The notes: generated by a model not told the origin, from the letters alone. A stretch of 64,000 nucleotides of DNA from Candidatus Eiseniibacteriota bacterium (GCA_044223005.1 JBGAML010000002.1:266457-330456), one strand, 5' to 3'; shown: positions 47,990 to 58,428, numbered from the stretch's first letter. Made by a program: numbers and translations.

Positions 47990-50338
47990 ATGACGCTCGA
48001 GGATGCGGCCACGCGCCACCTGCACGAGGGACTCTGGGGCTGGGATCCGACGCCCGGAATCGTCGCCGTGTGGGCCGAAGCGGGCGGGCGTGCGACCGTG
48101 TGGCGGCGGCTGCCGGATTCGGGCGAACTGGTGCGCGAGGAGGAGCGTTTCCGGCCGTGGGCGCTGCTCGACCGGCTGGACGACCTGCAGCACCTGGGCG
48201 AAGCGCTCGCGCCCGAGGGCGACCGGCGCGCCGCGGTGACGTGGCGCGAACTCGACGGCCCGGGCCAGCTGCGCTTTCGCGTGAGCGCCGACGACGGTCG
48301 CATGCTGACGCGCACGATCCTGCGCGGCGCCTCGGCGCGGCTGGGCCGCGAGGTCGAGAGCCTGCGCGATCTCGGCAAGGAGCACGTGCTCGCGCTGCCG
48401 CCCGAGGAGCAGTACCTCGTCGCCACCGGGCGCACGTACTTCCGCGACCTCGCGTACGACCAGCTCCACCGGCTGCAGTTCGACCTCGAGACGACCGGGC
48501 TCTTCGCCGACCGCTCGCGCATCTTCATGGTGGCGATCCGGCATCCGGACGGCCGCGAGGAGGTGCTCGACACGCCGCACACCGACGATGCGTCGGAGGC
48601 CGACCTGATCCGGCGGCTGGTCGCGCGCATCACCGCGAGCGACCCGGACGTGATCGAGAACCACAACCTGTTCGGCTTCGACCTGCCGTTCCTGGCCGAG
48701 CGCGCGCGCCGCCTGGGGGTTCCGCTGCCGCTCGGGCGGATCCCGTCGCTGGGCCTGCGATCGCGGCCGACGCGGCGCGACGCGGAGCGCATCGTGATTC
48801 CGGGGCGCGAGTGCATCGACACACTGGACGCGGTGCGCCGGTACGACTTCGCGATCCGCGAGCTGCCGGGCCATGGGCTGAAGGCCGTGGCGAAGCACTT
48901 CGGGATCTCCGGCCCCGAGCGCGTGCTGATCCGCGGCGATCTCATCCACGCGACCTTCCGCACCGACCCCGAGCGCGTGCGCCGTTACGCGACCGCCGAC
49001 GTGGTCGAGGTGGCGGCGCTGGCGCGGCTGCTGGGCGGCGCGGCGTTCGCTCTGGCGCAGATCGCGCCGCGGCGCTACGAGAAGCTGGCCGACGCGGGCG
49101 CCGCGACGGGCGTGATCGATCCGCTGCTCGTGCGCGCCTACCTGCGCGCCGGCCATGCGGTGCCCGCGCACGCGCCGAGCGACGGCACGACGCACACGGG
49201 CGCGGCGCTGCACCTGTTCGCGACCGGCGTCGCGACGCGCGTGGTCAAGGCGGACGTCGCGAGCCTCTATCCGTCGCTCATGCGCGCGTTCCGGATCGGC
49301 CCCAAGCGCGATCACCTGGGCGCGCTGCTCGCGCTGGTGGACGGGCTCGTCGAGCGCCGGCTCGCCGCCAAGGCGGCGGCGAAGATCGCGCCGCCGGGCT
49401 CGGCCGAGCGGTTCATGCACGAGGCGATGTCGGCGGCGATGAAGCTGGTGGTGAACACCGCCTACGGCTACCTCGCCGCGGGCGGGGAGCTGACGCGTTT
49501 CGCCGACGTGCACGCCGCCAACGAGGTGACGCGCCGCGGCCGCGAGACGCTGGGCATGATCTGCCGCGAGCTGGCCGCGCGCGGCGTGACACGGCTGGAG
49601 GCCGACACGGACGGCGTCTACTTCGCGGTGCCGCCGGAATGGACCGAGGCCGACGAGCGCCGCGTCGTCGCCGAGGTCGCGGCGCTGCTGCCGAAGCTCG
49701 TGCAGCTCGAGTTCGAGGGCCGCTACGCCGCGATGCTCTCGCACGAGCCCAAGAACTACGCGCTGCTGGGCTACGACGGCAAGCTCACGCTGCGGGGCGT
49801 CGCGTTCCGCTCGAGCCGCGCCGAACCGTTCGGCGAGGCGTTCCTGCGCCGTGCGGTCGGCTGCCTGCTCGCGGGCGACGTGGCCGGCGTGCGCGAGGCG
49901 TACGTGCACACGCTCGACGCGCTGGCGGCCCGCGCGTACGCCACGCACGACGTGTCGGCGCGCGTGCGGCTGACCAAGAACGCCGCGCAGTACGCCGCGA
50001 CACGGGGCTCACGCCGCGAGCTGCCGTACGAAGCCATGCTCGCCGCCGGCCGGCGCGAGTGGCGCCGCGGCGAGCGCGTGCGCGTCTACCGCACGCACGG
50101 CGGGGGAGCCGGCTGGGTGCGCGAGCGGCCCACCGCCGACGACCCGCGTGACTACGACGCCGCCCACTACCGGCGCGTGCTGCGGAAGAACTTCGTCGCC
50201 CGCCTCGCCCGCGCGTTCACCCCCGAGGACTTCGCCGCACTCTTCGAAGACCCCACGCAGGGCACGCTCTTCGGCGTCGACAGCACCACGGTGCGCCCAA
50301 TCCTGCGCGAGGTGGAGGGCGGGGAGTCGCCGGGGTGA
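47990..50338 (+). CDS. polB: Family-B DNA polymerase (Pol II-like)
   Basis: Exo I is FDLETTG, Exo II is NHNLFGFDLPFL, Exo III is YATADVVEV. Pol motif A is DVASLYPSLM, motif B is KLVVNTAYGYL and motif C is EADTDGVYF. Confidence 0.85.
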   Translation: MTLEDAATRHLHEGLWGWDPTPGIVAVWAEAGGRATVWRRLPDSGELVREEERFRPWALLDRLDDLQHLGEALAPEGDRRAAVTWRELDGPGQLRFRVSADDGRMLTRTILRGASARLGREVESLRDLGKEHVLALPPEEQYLVATGRTYFRDLAYDQLHRLQFDLETTGLFADRSRIFMVAIRHPDGREEVLDTPHTDDASEADLIRRLVARITASDPDVIENHNLFGFDLPFLAERARRLGVPLPLGRIPSLGLRSRPTRRDAERIVIPGRECIDTLDAVRRYDFAIRELPGHGLKAVAKHFGISGPERVLIRGDLIHATFRTDPERVRRYATADVVEVAALARLLGGAAFALAQIAPRRYEKLADAGAATGVIDPLLVRAYLRAGHAVPAHAPSDGTTHTGAALHLFATGVATRVVKADVASLYPSLMRAFRIGPKRDHLGALLALVDGLVERRLAAKAAAKIAPPGSAERFMHEAMSAAMKLVVNTAYGYLAAGGELTRFADVHAANEVTRRGRETLGMICRELAARGVTRLEADTDGVYFAVPPEWTEADERRVVAEVAALLPKLVQLEFEGRYAAMLSHEPKNYALLGYDGKLTLRGVAFRSSRAEPFGEAFLRRAVGCLLAGDVAGVREAYVHTLDALAARAYATHDVSARVRLTKNAAQYAATRGSRRELPYEAMLAAGRREWRRGERVRVYRTHGGGAGWVRERPTADDPRDYDAAHYRRVLRKNFVARLARAFTPEDFAALFEDPTQGTLFGVDSTTVRPILREVEGGESPG

Positions 50339-50402
50339 GGTGGCAGGAGTAGGCTCGCGACGCGCGTCTCATCTCTTGCCGTCCCCCGGTCAGGAGTCGG
50401 TC

Positions 50403-51386
50403 TTGCGAATCGCAGTGTTGGGGCTCATCGGTTTCGCCCTCAGTTTTGGGGTCGTCGTGCAATCGGCCGGCGCAGCAGCGCAGCCGGACTCGGTCGTGTC
50501 GTACTTCTCGCGGAGTGCAGATGGCTCGCGCGACGAATGGCGTATCTGGGACTCGCGCACGCGGAGGGACGCGCTCTTCCTATCGACGACGGCCGAGGCG
50601 GGATTCGAAGGCGTGCGCTGGGACAAGACCTTCGATCACGCCTGGTTCTCCAGGGGCGACTCGATCTTCGTCGTTCCATGGCGGATCGGCGCCAGGCCGC
50701 ACGCCGCGGCAAGCCTGCCTTCAGGCAGTCCCATCTGGTGGTTCAACGCCGACCTGCGTCGCTGGCAGTGCGTTCGATACCTGCTGTTGGACAGTCGGCG
50801 CGGTCCAGTCGATTCGCGCGTCGCGGCCGAACTCCTGGACTCGGACTCGACGGGATCGAGTTGGCGCATGGTTCGTCGAGACACCATCAGCCGCGACGAA
50901 TACGACTCCGAGTTCGACGTGTCGGATTGGCCGGAAGCTCGCGGAGGGGTACGCACGAACCACACGCGCTCTCCGGAGGATTTGAGAGGGGAGCCCGCCG
51001 CCGTCGAGGGTGGCGACGTGTTCGACACAGCTCAGGTGGTGCTCATCCACGATAGAGCTCTTTCGGACGAAGCGCGCGCGCGCCTCTCGTGGTTCGTGAG
51101 CTTTCTCACAACTCCCGTCCGCGGCATCAGCTATTCTTCCTTCGAGGCAGGGGCTCCGGAGGAGGACTTCCTCACCGGGCCCATTTGTTACGTCGACCTC
51201 GAGCACAGAGTGAGGCGCTGCCTGACCGAGGCCCCCGCGCGAGGGTTCCTGTTCAGCCAGTACCGGAACTTCATCCTGCTGCCAACGATTCCCGCCCCGG
51301 TGATCCTGGACGACACAGGGAGGATGCTCCTGCAGATGTCGGAATATGCCAGCGACGCCGTCTGGGTCCCGCGACCGCGGCGCTGA
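50403..51386 (+). CDS. Hypothetical membrane-anchored protein (moderately lower GC, ~60%)
   Basis: A TTG start follows CAGGAG. The N-terminal TM/signal is LRIAVLGLIGFALSFGVVVQSAGAAA. I recognised no family. The 5' part of ORF 50148.. overlaps polB and I discarded it. Confidence 0.4.
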   Translation: MRIAVLGLIGFALSFGVVVQSAGAAAQPDSVVSYFSRSADGSRDEWRIWDSRTRRDALFLSTTAEAGFEGVRWDKTFDHAWFSRGDSIFVVPWRIGARPHAAASLPSGSPIWWFNADLRRWQCVRYLLLDSRRGPVDSRVAAELLDSDSTGSSWRMVRRDTISRDEYDSEFDVSDWPEARGGVRTNHTRSPEDLRGEPAAVEGGDVFDTAQVVLIHDRALSDEARARLSWFVSFLTTPVRGISYSSFEAGAPEEDFLTGPICYVDLEHRVRRCLTEAPARGFLFSQYRNFILLPTIPAPVILDDTGRMLLQMSEYASDAVWVPRPRR

Positions 51387-51425
51387 GATGTCGCCCCGCG
51401 TCCCGCGCGCTGCTACGCTCCACCC

Positions 51426-51941
51426 ATGAAGCCCGAACCGCATCCGCCGACGCCCACGGGGCCGATCGCGCTGAAGCCGATCGGCGTCGTGCGCTCGGAG
51501 TTCGTGTCGCCGGTGGGCACCCCGATCCAGCCCGCGTTCGGCCGCGAAGCGACGGGACAAATCGTGATCGAGCCCGAGTACGAAGCGGCGCTCGACGACA
51601 TCGAGGGCTACGACCGGCTCTGGGTCATCTTCTGGATGACGGGCGTGCGCGGGTGGAAGCCGCGCGTCGTGCCCTACCACGACACGCGTGAGCACGGCCT
51701 CTTCGCCACGCGTTCGCCGGCGCGGCCCAACCCGATCGGCATCTCACCGGTGCGGCTCGTGCGCCGCGAAGGCCGTGTGCTGCACATCGCCGAACTCGAC
51801 ATCCTGGACGGCACGCCGGTGCTGGACCTGAAGCCCTACGTGCCGGAGTTCGACGCGCACCCGGATGCCCGCTCGGGCTGGTTCGGCGAGGCACGCGGCG
51901 GCCGCGGCACCGCGGACGAGCGCTTCCACGAGGAGAAGTAA
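51426..51941 (+). CDS. trmO: tRNA (adenine37-N6)-methyltransferase TrmO/TsaA (YaeB family)
   Basis: The YaeB signature is GVVRSEF...GLFATRSPARPNPIGISPVRLV, and the DILDGTPVLDLKPY tail is present. Confidence 0.8.
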   Translation: MKPEPHPPTPTGPIALKPIGVVRSEFVSPVGTPIQPAFGREATGQIVIEPEYEAALDDIEGYDRLWVIFWMTGVRGWKPRVVPYHDTREHGLFATRSPARPNPIGISPVRLVRREGRVLHIAELDILDGTPVLDLKPYVPEFDAHPDARSGWFGEARGGRGTADERFHEEK

Positions 51942-52089
51942 CGCCCCTGCCGCGCGGCGGGCGCATTCCGCTCTTGCCTCGGGCGCCCTCGACTCGGCAG
52001 CATGTTCGCCCCGGCGGCAGCGCTCGCGCGTCCCGCCGGGACGAGCCGCACCCGACGCCGTCCGTCCCACCTCCGCGGGAGCCCTGCGA

Positions 52090-53325
52090 GTGAACGCCCT
52101 CGATCCCCGTCGCACGATCGCCGAACTGAAGGAACTCCGCAGCTTTTCCGCCGACGAGAACGGCGCGCAGCGCATCGCGTTCACGCCCATGTGGTCCAAG
52201 GTGCGCGAGTGGCTCAAGTCCAAGCTGGCGACGCTGCCGGTCGAGACGCACGTGGACGCGGCGGGCAACCTCTGGAGCACGTTGAAGGGCCGCTCCGAAA
52301 AGTGCGTGCTGATCGGCGGCCACATGGACTCGGTCCCCAATGGTGGCTGGCTGGACGGCTGCCTGAACGTGCTCGCGGGGCTCGAGGTGCTGCGCCGCAT
52401 CGATGCCGAGTACGACCACGTGCCGCCCGTCACGGTGCGGCTCGTCGACTGGGCCGACGAAGAGGGCGCGCGTTTCGGCAAGAGCCTGTTCGGCTCGTCG
52501 GCGTGCTCGGGCAACCTCGACGTCGCCGAGGCGCGCGGCCTCGTGGATCGCGACGGCATCCGGCTGCCGGATGCGCTCAAGAACGTCGGCATCGACTTCG
52601 AGAAGGTGACCGAGAGCGGCCGCGAACTGAAGAACGCCGTCGCCTACCTCGAGCTGCACATCGAGCAGGGGCCGGTGCTGCTCGACCTGGACCTGCCGCT
52701 CGGCGTGGTGCTCGGCACCTACGGCGTCGAGCGTCACGCGATCACGTTCCACGGCCAGGCGGCGCACTCGGGCAGCACGCCCATGAACCGCCGCCGCGAC
52801 GCGTTCCTCGCCGCGGCCAGGATGTCACCCGAGATCTACGCGATCGCCGGCCGCCAGGGTGGCGTGGGCACGATCGGCTCGTGCACGACCAAGCCCGGCA
52901 TCGTGACGAGCGTGGTCGAGGAGTGCCGCATCACGCTCGACCAGCGCCACCTCGACGCCGCCGCGCTCGCGCGCGCGCTCGCCGAGGCGCGGGCCGCGAG
53001 CGAGCGGTTCGCGAAGGAGGGCAACGTCGAGGTGGCGTGGAACCGGCTCTGGAGCATCGAGCCGGTGCTGTTCGATCCGCAGCTGCTCGGCTTCTGCGAG
53101 CAGGCGATCGCCGAGACGTGCGGCGAGGTCCACAAGCTGCCCTCGGGCCCGCTGCACGACGCAGCCGAGGTGGCTCGCGCGGGAGTGCCGACGGTGATGA
53201 TGTTCGTGCAGAGCCTGCACGGCATCAGCCACAACAAGATCGAGGACACGAAGGAAGAGCACCTGGAGCTCTGCGTGCGCGCCTTCGACCGCCTCGCCGA
53301 GAAGACGATCCGCGCCCACGCCTGA
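52090..53325 (+). CDS. M20-family Zn-dependent amidohydrolase (allantoate amidohydrolase / N-carbamoyl-L-amino-acid hydrolase type)
   Basis: The GTG start gives VNALDPRRTIAELKEL. IGGHMDSVPNGGWLDG is the metal-site motif. The dimerisation-domain conservation typical of AllC/AmaB is present. Confidence 0.75.
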   Translation: MNALDPRRTIAELKELRSFSADENGAQRIAFTPMWSKVREWLKSKLATLPVETHVDAAGNLWSTLKGRSEKCVLIGGHMDSVPNGGWLDGCLNVLAGLEVLRRIDAEYDHVPPVTVRLVDWADEEGARFGKSLFGSSACSGNLDVAEARGLVDRDGIRLPDALKNVGIDFEKVTESGRELKNAVAYLELHIEQGPVLLDLDLPLGVVLGTYGVERHAITFHGQAAHSGSTPMNRRRDAFLAAARMSPEIYAIAGRQGGVGTIGSCTTKPGIVTSVVEECRITLDQRHLDAAALARALAEARAASERFAKEGNVEVAWNRLWSIEPVLFDPQLLGFCEQAIAETCGEVHKLPSGPLHDAAEVARAGVPTVMMFVQSLHGISHNKIEDTKEEHLELCVRAFDRLAEKTIRAHA

Positions 53326-53401
53326 CCGGCGCCGGCGCGCCCTCGACGCAACGTCCGCCCGGCCTCGCGGCCGGGCGGGTGTTCGTGCGTTCGGAGCGGC
53401 G

Positions 53402-54100
53402 TCAGTGCGCGGGCGCGTTCTTCGGCGGCAGCGAGTAGCAGTAGGCCGGATACCCCGGCACCGCGTCGCGCACGCGCCGGTAGATCGTGGCGCCGCGCTG
53501 TTGCGTCTGCTGGAAGTGCGTCACGATCTCGAAGCCATTGAGCTCCGCCACGGTGTTGAGCCATCCGGTCGAGAGCATGTAGAGGTTGGTCGGATCGTTG
53601 TTCACCGAGCCCGGCGGCAGCAGCAGCAGGATCGGGTCCGGCACGTCGAGGATCAGGCCCTCGAACGCGACGATGTCGCGCGACATCTGGAACGCGTTGA
53701 TCGCCGCGGTGAGCGGATCGTTGACGTGGTAGAGCACGCCGTAGCAGAGCACCACGTCGAACTGCTCGTCGAGCGGCTGGTAGATCGAGCGCTTCACGAA
53801 CTCGACGCGGCTCCGGAAGTGGTCGTGCAGGAAGTCGAAGCCGTCGGTGCCGCCCCAGCGCACGTCGGGGTCGTCCATCGCGACCACGCGCGACGCGCCC
53901 CGCTGCTCGGCGCGGAAGCTGAAGTAGCCGTCCCAGCAGCCGATGTCGAGCACCGACTTGCCGGTCAGGTCGAGCGACGGAAAGAGGAACACGTCCTCGA
54001 GCCGGCTGACGTCCGAGAGGCCCGGGGTGAAGCGCCCGTCGCCGAGCGGAACCCGATGCCACCACTGGATTTCGTCGATTCCCTTGAGCGTCTGCTTCAT
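53402..54100 (-). CDS. Class I SAM-dependent methyltransferase (CmoB/Methyltransf_9-like)
   Basis: GAGGGGG lies before the ATG at MKQTLKGIDEIQWWHRVPLGDGRFTPG. VLDIGCWDGYF is SAM motif I. Confidence 0.55.
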   Translation of the reverse strand: MKQTLKGIDEIQWWHRVPLGDGRFTPGLSDVSRLEDVFLFPSLDLTGKSVLDIGCWDGYFSFRAEQRGASRVVAMDDPDVRWGGTDGFDFLHDHFRSRVEFVKRSIYQPLDEQFDVVLCYGVLYHVNDPLTAAINAFQMSRDIVAFEGLILDVPDPILLLLPPGSVNNDPTNLYMLSTGWLNTVAELNGFEIVTHFQQTQQRGATIYRRVRDAVPGYPAYCYSLPPKNAPAH

Positions 54101-54394
54101 GCGATCCCCCTCGGACGCGGTTCTGCCGCGATCGCGCACCCCGGCGGCGGCCGTCGTGGCCGGGCCGAGACACGCGGGGGTTTTCGGCGCCTCGGGGCGG
54201 CGGCTGCACCCTCGCGAGAAGCCGCTCGCGACGGCGCCATTCCGCGCGAGTCCGGCCGCCGGGTCGCGCATCGGAAGCAGTCCCCGGCCGTCTTCACGCG
54301 CGTTCCCGCTGCGGTGGTCCATCCTCCCCGGCGCGTCGCGGACGCGGCCCGTCCGGCCGCACCGGACCCCACCCGCGCACCAGGAGTTCCCGCC

Positions 54395-55651
54395 GTGTCC
54401 CGATTCTCCCGAGCGCCGCTCGCGCTCGCGCTGCTGCTCGCCTCCGCGTCACCCGCCGCCGCGCAGTGGTCGCGCGTCACCGACCTGCCCGCCACCACGA
54501 TGTACGCCGTGCGCGTGGTGGGCGACACGATCACCGCGAGCGGCGACAGCACGGTGCACGTGAGCACCGACGGCGGCGTCACGTGGACGCACTCCGCCGT
54601 CGTCGCACCGGGCGTGACGAGCGTGCAGGTGACGCTGGTGCGCGACCACCGGCTTTATGCCGCTACGTACGGCAACGGCGTCTTCACGAGCGACGACCTC
54701 GGCGTTTCGTGGCAGCCCTACAACACCGGGCTCGTCGGCGGCTTCTTCGATTCGCAGCTCGACGTGGTCGACATGGTCTTCCGCGGCGACAGCCTCGTCG
54801 CGGCGACGGCGGGATCGGGCGCGTGGGTGCGAAGCGTGCGCGGCGGGGGATGGTCGCCGTTCGGCAACGTGTTCGAACCCAACCAGTCGTCGAACATGAA
54901 CGCCGTCGCCTCCAACGGCACGCAGCTCTTCGCGTGCGCGGGCTTCAACGGAAACGCGTTCTGGCGCGACCCCGGCGATCCCGACTGGACGATCACGTGG
55001 CTCGACAACGTCGGCATCCTCGCCGGGCTCGCGCCGCTGTCGGCGATCTGGACGGGCCACCGCTGGGTGGTCGGCACCAACCGCTGGGTGTTCCGCAGCG
55101 CCACCGGGCACGAGCCGTGGTCACTCGCCGATCCGGGGCTCGGCACGTTGTTCATGACGTCGTTCGCGCAGCGGGGGAGCGATCTCTTCGGCGCGTTCAC
55201 GGTGCCCAACTTCACCGAGATCATGACCAGCCGCGACGAGGGCGCGACGTGGCAGCCGCTCGACGACCAGCCGGGCGTGTTCGTCTTCAACCTCGCGCGC
55301 CGGGGCTCGGATCTCTACGCCGCGCGCGCCGACGGACTCTGGAAGCGCTCGATCGCCGACGTCTCCGCGCCCGGCGCGGTGCCGCCCGCGCGGCTCCGGC
55401 TGGCGCTGGCGGCCGGCCAGCCGGTGGGCGACAACGTGCGCCTGCGCATCGAGATGCCCGGCCCGGGTCGCGTGACGCTCGAAGTCTTCGACCTCGCCGG
55501 CCGGCGCGTCGCCGCGCTCGCCGAGGCGGCGGCCCCGGCGGGTGCGTACGAGGTCTCGCTCGATCTGCGTGCGCTGCCCGCCGGCGTCTACCTGGCGCGC
55601 GCGAGCGTGGCCGGCGAACAGGCCGGCACGCGGCTCGTGCGCGTTCGGTAG
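54395..55651 (+). CDS. Secreted BNR/Asp-box beta-propeller (sialidase/Ycf48-like) protein with a T9SS-type CTD
   Basis: CAGGAG precedes the GTG. The signal peptide is VSRFSRAPLALALLLASASPAAAQ. The BNR motifs are STDGGVTW, SDDLGVSW and SRDEGATW. The C-terminus ...RVTLEVFDLAGRRVAAL...GVYLARA is the CTD. Confidence 0.7.
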   Translation: MSRFSRAPLALALLLASASPAAAQWSRVTDLPATTMYAVRVVGDTITASGDSTVHVSTDGGVTWTHSAVVAPGVTSVQVTLVRDHRLYAATYGNGVFTSDDLGVSWQPYNTGLVGGFFDSQLDVVDMVFRGDSLVAATAGSGAWVRSVRGGGWSPFGNVFEPNQSSNMNAVASNGTQLFACAGFNGNAFWRDPGDPDWTITWLDNVGILAGLAPLSAIWTGHRWVVGTNRWVFRSATGHEPWSLADPGLGTLFMTSFAQRGSDLFGAFTVPNFTEIMTSRDEGATWQPLDDQPGVFVFNLARRGSDLYAARADGLWKRSIADVSAPGAVPPARLRLALAAGQPVGDNVRLRIEMPGPGRVTLEVFDLAGRRVAALAEAAAPAGAYEVSLDLRALPAGVYLARASVAGEQAGTRLVRVR

Positions 55652-55667
55652 CGGCGGTGGCGCCGGG

Positions 55668-57089
55668 TCACTCGCTCCAGACCAGGCGCCGCGTTTCGCT
55701 GAGCGGGCCGGCCTCGAGCCGCGCGAAGTAGACGCCCGGGCTCGCCGCGGTGCCCTGCTCGGTGCGGCCGTTCCATTCGAGCGAGTAGGCGCCCGCGGCG
55801 TGGAAGCCGTGCGCGAGCCGCGCGACGGTGCGGCCCTGCGTGTCATAGAGCGTGAGGCTCGCGTCGCCGTCGTGCGGCAGCGCGAACGCGAGCTGGACGC
55901 GGCCGAATGCGGGATTGGGCGTAGGCGCGGCGAGCGCGCGCGTCGCGGGCGCGGAGCCGACGGCGAGCGTCGAGGCCTGCGGCAGGAGCACGACCGCGCG
56001 CGAGATGCCGCCCTGCGTCGCCGTCGCGAGGATCCAGCCGTCGGCGTTCATGTCGGCCACGTCGGTCAGCGTCCAGCCGGCGCCGCTCGCGTCGAGGCAG
56101 GCGCCGAGGTCGAAGATCGCGCCGTCGCGCCAGAGTACGATGCGCGTCTGCAGCGCGACCCACGGGAACACGGTCACGTCGATGAGTGACGACGAACCGA
56201 GCACGGTCGCGCCGTCGGCGCTGACGACCTGCGCGCGGGATTCGTTGTAGCCCGGCCACATCGGCAGCTCCGTCGGCGTGTGCAGCGTGTCGCGCGACCA
56301 GCGGGTCGCCCGGTCCAGCCCGAACGGATACATGGTGTAGCCCACGGCGTCGCCGGCGTCGTTCCAGTCGCCGGGCATGCTCTGGTTCGAGTTCGCGAGC
56401 GGCTCGAGCAGCACGGGTGTGTGCCCGGCGTCCGCGAGCCAGAGCGAGGCGCGATCGCCGATGCCGAGATTGGTGCGGCCGAAGACGCGTCCCGAGGCGT
56501 CGATCGCTTGCGCCTCGGTCCAGCCGAAGACGGGATCGCCGCTCGGGTGCATCGGCAGGAAGGAGCGGTCGAACCGGCCGGGCTGGCCGGCGCGCTCGAC
56601 CCAGATGGCGGCGTTCCAACCGCCGCCACCGCCGCTCTTGGTGATCATCCCGCAGATGGTGCCGGCGTCGTTCACGTCGAACGCATAGACGTTGGCGTTG
56701 CCGTCGCCGCCGCGGTCGAGATCGAGGATGTCGCCGGCGCGCCAGAGGATCGGCCGCGGCTGCGGGTCGGCGGTGTTGCTCCAGCCGACGATCCAGCCGC
56801 CGGCGTTCATGCCGCTCGAGAAGCTGCCGTCGAAGCCGGTGAGCCCGAGCAGGTCGGTGACCGAGACGACGCCGCCCTGCGCGGTGAGGTCCCAGCGCGT
56901 CGCGTGGCCGCCGAACGTGCCCGGGAGGTCCGTACCCCCGAGCACCGTGGGACCCGGGCCGAAGTGGCGCGGCACCGACGACGTGCCGCCCGGCAGCATG
57001 CCGAGATCGACCAGGTGGTAGAGCGGGGCGGCGGACGCGGCGGCGGCGAAGGCGAGCGCGACGGCGGCGAGGACGGCGGTGCGGCGCAT
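55668..57089 (-). CDS. Secreted HAF-type extracellular repeat protein with a T9SS-type CTD
   Basis: GGAGGAG lies before the ATG. The signal peptide is MRRTAVLAAVALAFAAAASA. The N-x-x-G-x-V-x-G repeats are VNDAGTICG, IDASGRVFG and WNDAGDAVG. The C-terminal APTPNPAFGRVQLAFAL...GVYFARL is the CTD. Confidence 0.65.
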   Translation of the reverse strand: MRRTAVLAAVALAFAAAASAAPLYHLVDLGMLPGGTSSVPRHFGPGPTVLGGTDLPGTFGGHATRWDLTAQGGVVSVTDLLGLTGFDGSFSSGMNAGGWIVGWSNTADPQPRPILWRAGDILDLDRGGDGNANVYAFDVNDAGTICGMITKSGGGGGWNAAIWVERAGQPGRFDRSFLPMHPSGDPVFGWTEAQAIDASGRVFGRTNLGIGDRASLWLADAGHTPVLLEPLANSNQSMPGDWNDAGDAVGYTMYPFGLDRATRWSRDTLHTPTELPMWPGYNESRAQVVSADGATVLGSSSLIDVTVFPWVALQTRIVLWRDGAIFDLGACLDASGAGWTLTDVADMNADGWILATATQGGISRAVVLLPQASTLAVGSAPATRALAAPTPNPAFGRVQLAFALPHDGDASLTLYDTQGRTVARLAHGFHAAGAYSLEWNGRTEQGTAASPGVYFARLEAGPLSETRRLVWSE

Positions 57090-57395
57090 GTTCTCCTCCG
57101 GGAGGGTTCGGCGCGGACGGGGGAGGTCGCGCCGGAGAAACGTGTTCAAACTTACAAGTGGAGGAGGATGGATATCGGGCTTACGCGCGGCGCACGCGCG
57201 CGTGACCTCCCGCTGCCCCACAGGTCGCCCGGCGCCCCGGGCCGGTTCGGCGGTGCGAAACCGCGCCCCCGGCGCGGCGCGTGCCCGCCGCCGCGTGCCG
57301 GTGCTATCGTCGCCCGGATCGCGCGCGGCCCACCCGTGGCCGCGCACCGTGCGTCGTTCCGCCGCGGCCCGCCGCGGCACACCGGAGGGTCGCGG

Positions 57396-58409
57396 ATGCG
57401 TCGCGTCGTGGGCTGTGTGCTGGCGGTGCTGGTCGCGCTGGCGATGGGAACCGGGGTCGCGCAGTCGGCGCGCCCGAAGATCGGGCTCTCGCTGCCGACG
57501 CAGCGCGAGGAACGCTGGGTGCGCGACAAGCAGGCGATGGAGGCCGAGGCCGCGCGGCTCGGGATCGACCTGCGCGTGCAGGTCACGGACAACGACGCGG
57601 CGCGGCAGATGGCCCAGTGCGAGAACCTGATCGCGCAGGGCGTGCAGGTGCTGATCCTCGCGCCGCACGACGCCTCGAGCGCCTCGGCGATCGTCGAGAA
57701 GGCGGCGCGCGCGGGCATCCCGGTCATCAGCTACGACCGCCTCGTCACCGATTCGCCGCGCGACTACTGGTACCTGTCGTTCGACAACGTGAAGGTGGGC
57801 GAGCTGCAGGGCGAGTTCCTCGCGAGCCGCGTGGCGAAGGGCAACATCGTCGTGCTGTCGGGTTCGCCGACGGACAACAACGCGAAGCTCTTCCGCCAGG
57901 GCGCGATGAACGCGCTCGCGGCCAAGATCAAGAGCGGCGCGTTCAAGGTGGTCATGGACCAGCCCGTCCGCGACTGGCAGCCCGCCGAGGCGCAGCGGCT
58001 CATGGAGCAGGCGCTGACCGCCAACGCCAACCACGTCGACGGTGTGCTCGCGCCCAACGACGGCACCGCGGGCGGCGCGATCCAGGCGCTGGCCGCGCAG
58101 CACCTCGCCGGCAAGGTGCCCGTGACGGGGCAGGACGCCGAGGTCGCGGGTGCGATTCGCGTCGTGCAGGGCACGCAGAGCATGACCGTGTTCAAGGACA
58201 CGCGCCTGCTCGCGAAGCAGGCGATCGCCATGGCGCTCGCGCTGGTGCAGAAGAAGCCGATCGACACCGGCGGCCGCACCGTGAGCAACAACAAGCACCC
58301 GATCCCGTCGGTGCTGCTCACCCCGAAGGTGGTGACGCGCGAGAACCTCGACGCGGTGCTGATCGCCTCGGGGTACCTGCGACGCGAGCAGGTCTACCGC
58401 AAGCCGTGA
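57396..58409 (+). CDS. xylF: D-xylose ABC transporter substrate-binding protein
   Basis: GGAGGG lies 6 nt before the ATG. It is collinear with E. coli XylF (RWVRDKQ, DRLV.D...YY.SFDN.KVGELQ, SPTDNNAKLF, ALTAN.N.VD.V.A.ND.TAGGAIQAL). Confidence 0.8.
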   Translation: MRRVVGCVLAVLVALAMGTGVAQSARPKIGLSLPTQREERWVRDKQAMEAEAARLGIDLRVQVTDNDAARQMAQCENLIAQGVQVLILAPHDASSASAIVEKAARAGIPVISYDRLVTDSPRDYWYLSFDNVKVGELQGEFLASRVAKGNIVVLSGSPTDNNAKLFRQGAMNALAAKIKSGAFKVVMDQPVRDWQPAEAQRLMEQALTANANHVDGVLAPNDGTAGGAIQALAAQHLAGKVPVTGQDAEVAGAIRVVQGTQSMTVFKDTRLLAKQAIAMALALVQKKPIDTGGRTVSNNKHPIPSVLLTPKVVTRENLDAVLIASGYLRREQVYRKP

Positions 58410-58428
58410 CGGCGGAGCGCCGGATCCC

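Noticed and set aside
44933-49948. 1671-aa minus-strand ORF spanning the expansin, beta-helix and PolB loci
   Set aside because: It crosses three independently supported genes on both strands, including PolB with all six catalytic motifs on the opposite strand. It has no recognisable domains. It is an artefact of GC-rich stop-codon depletion.
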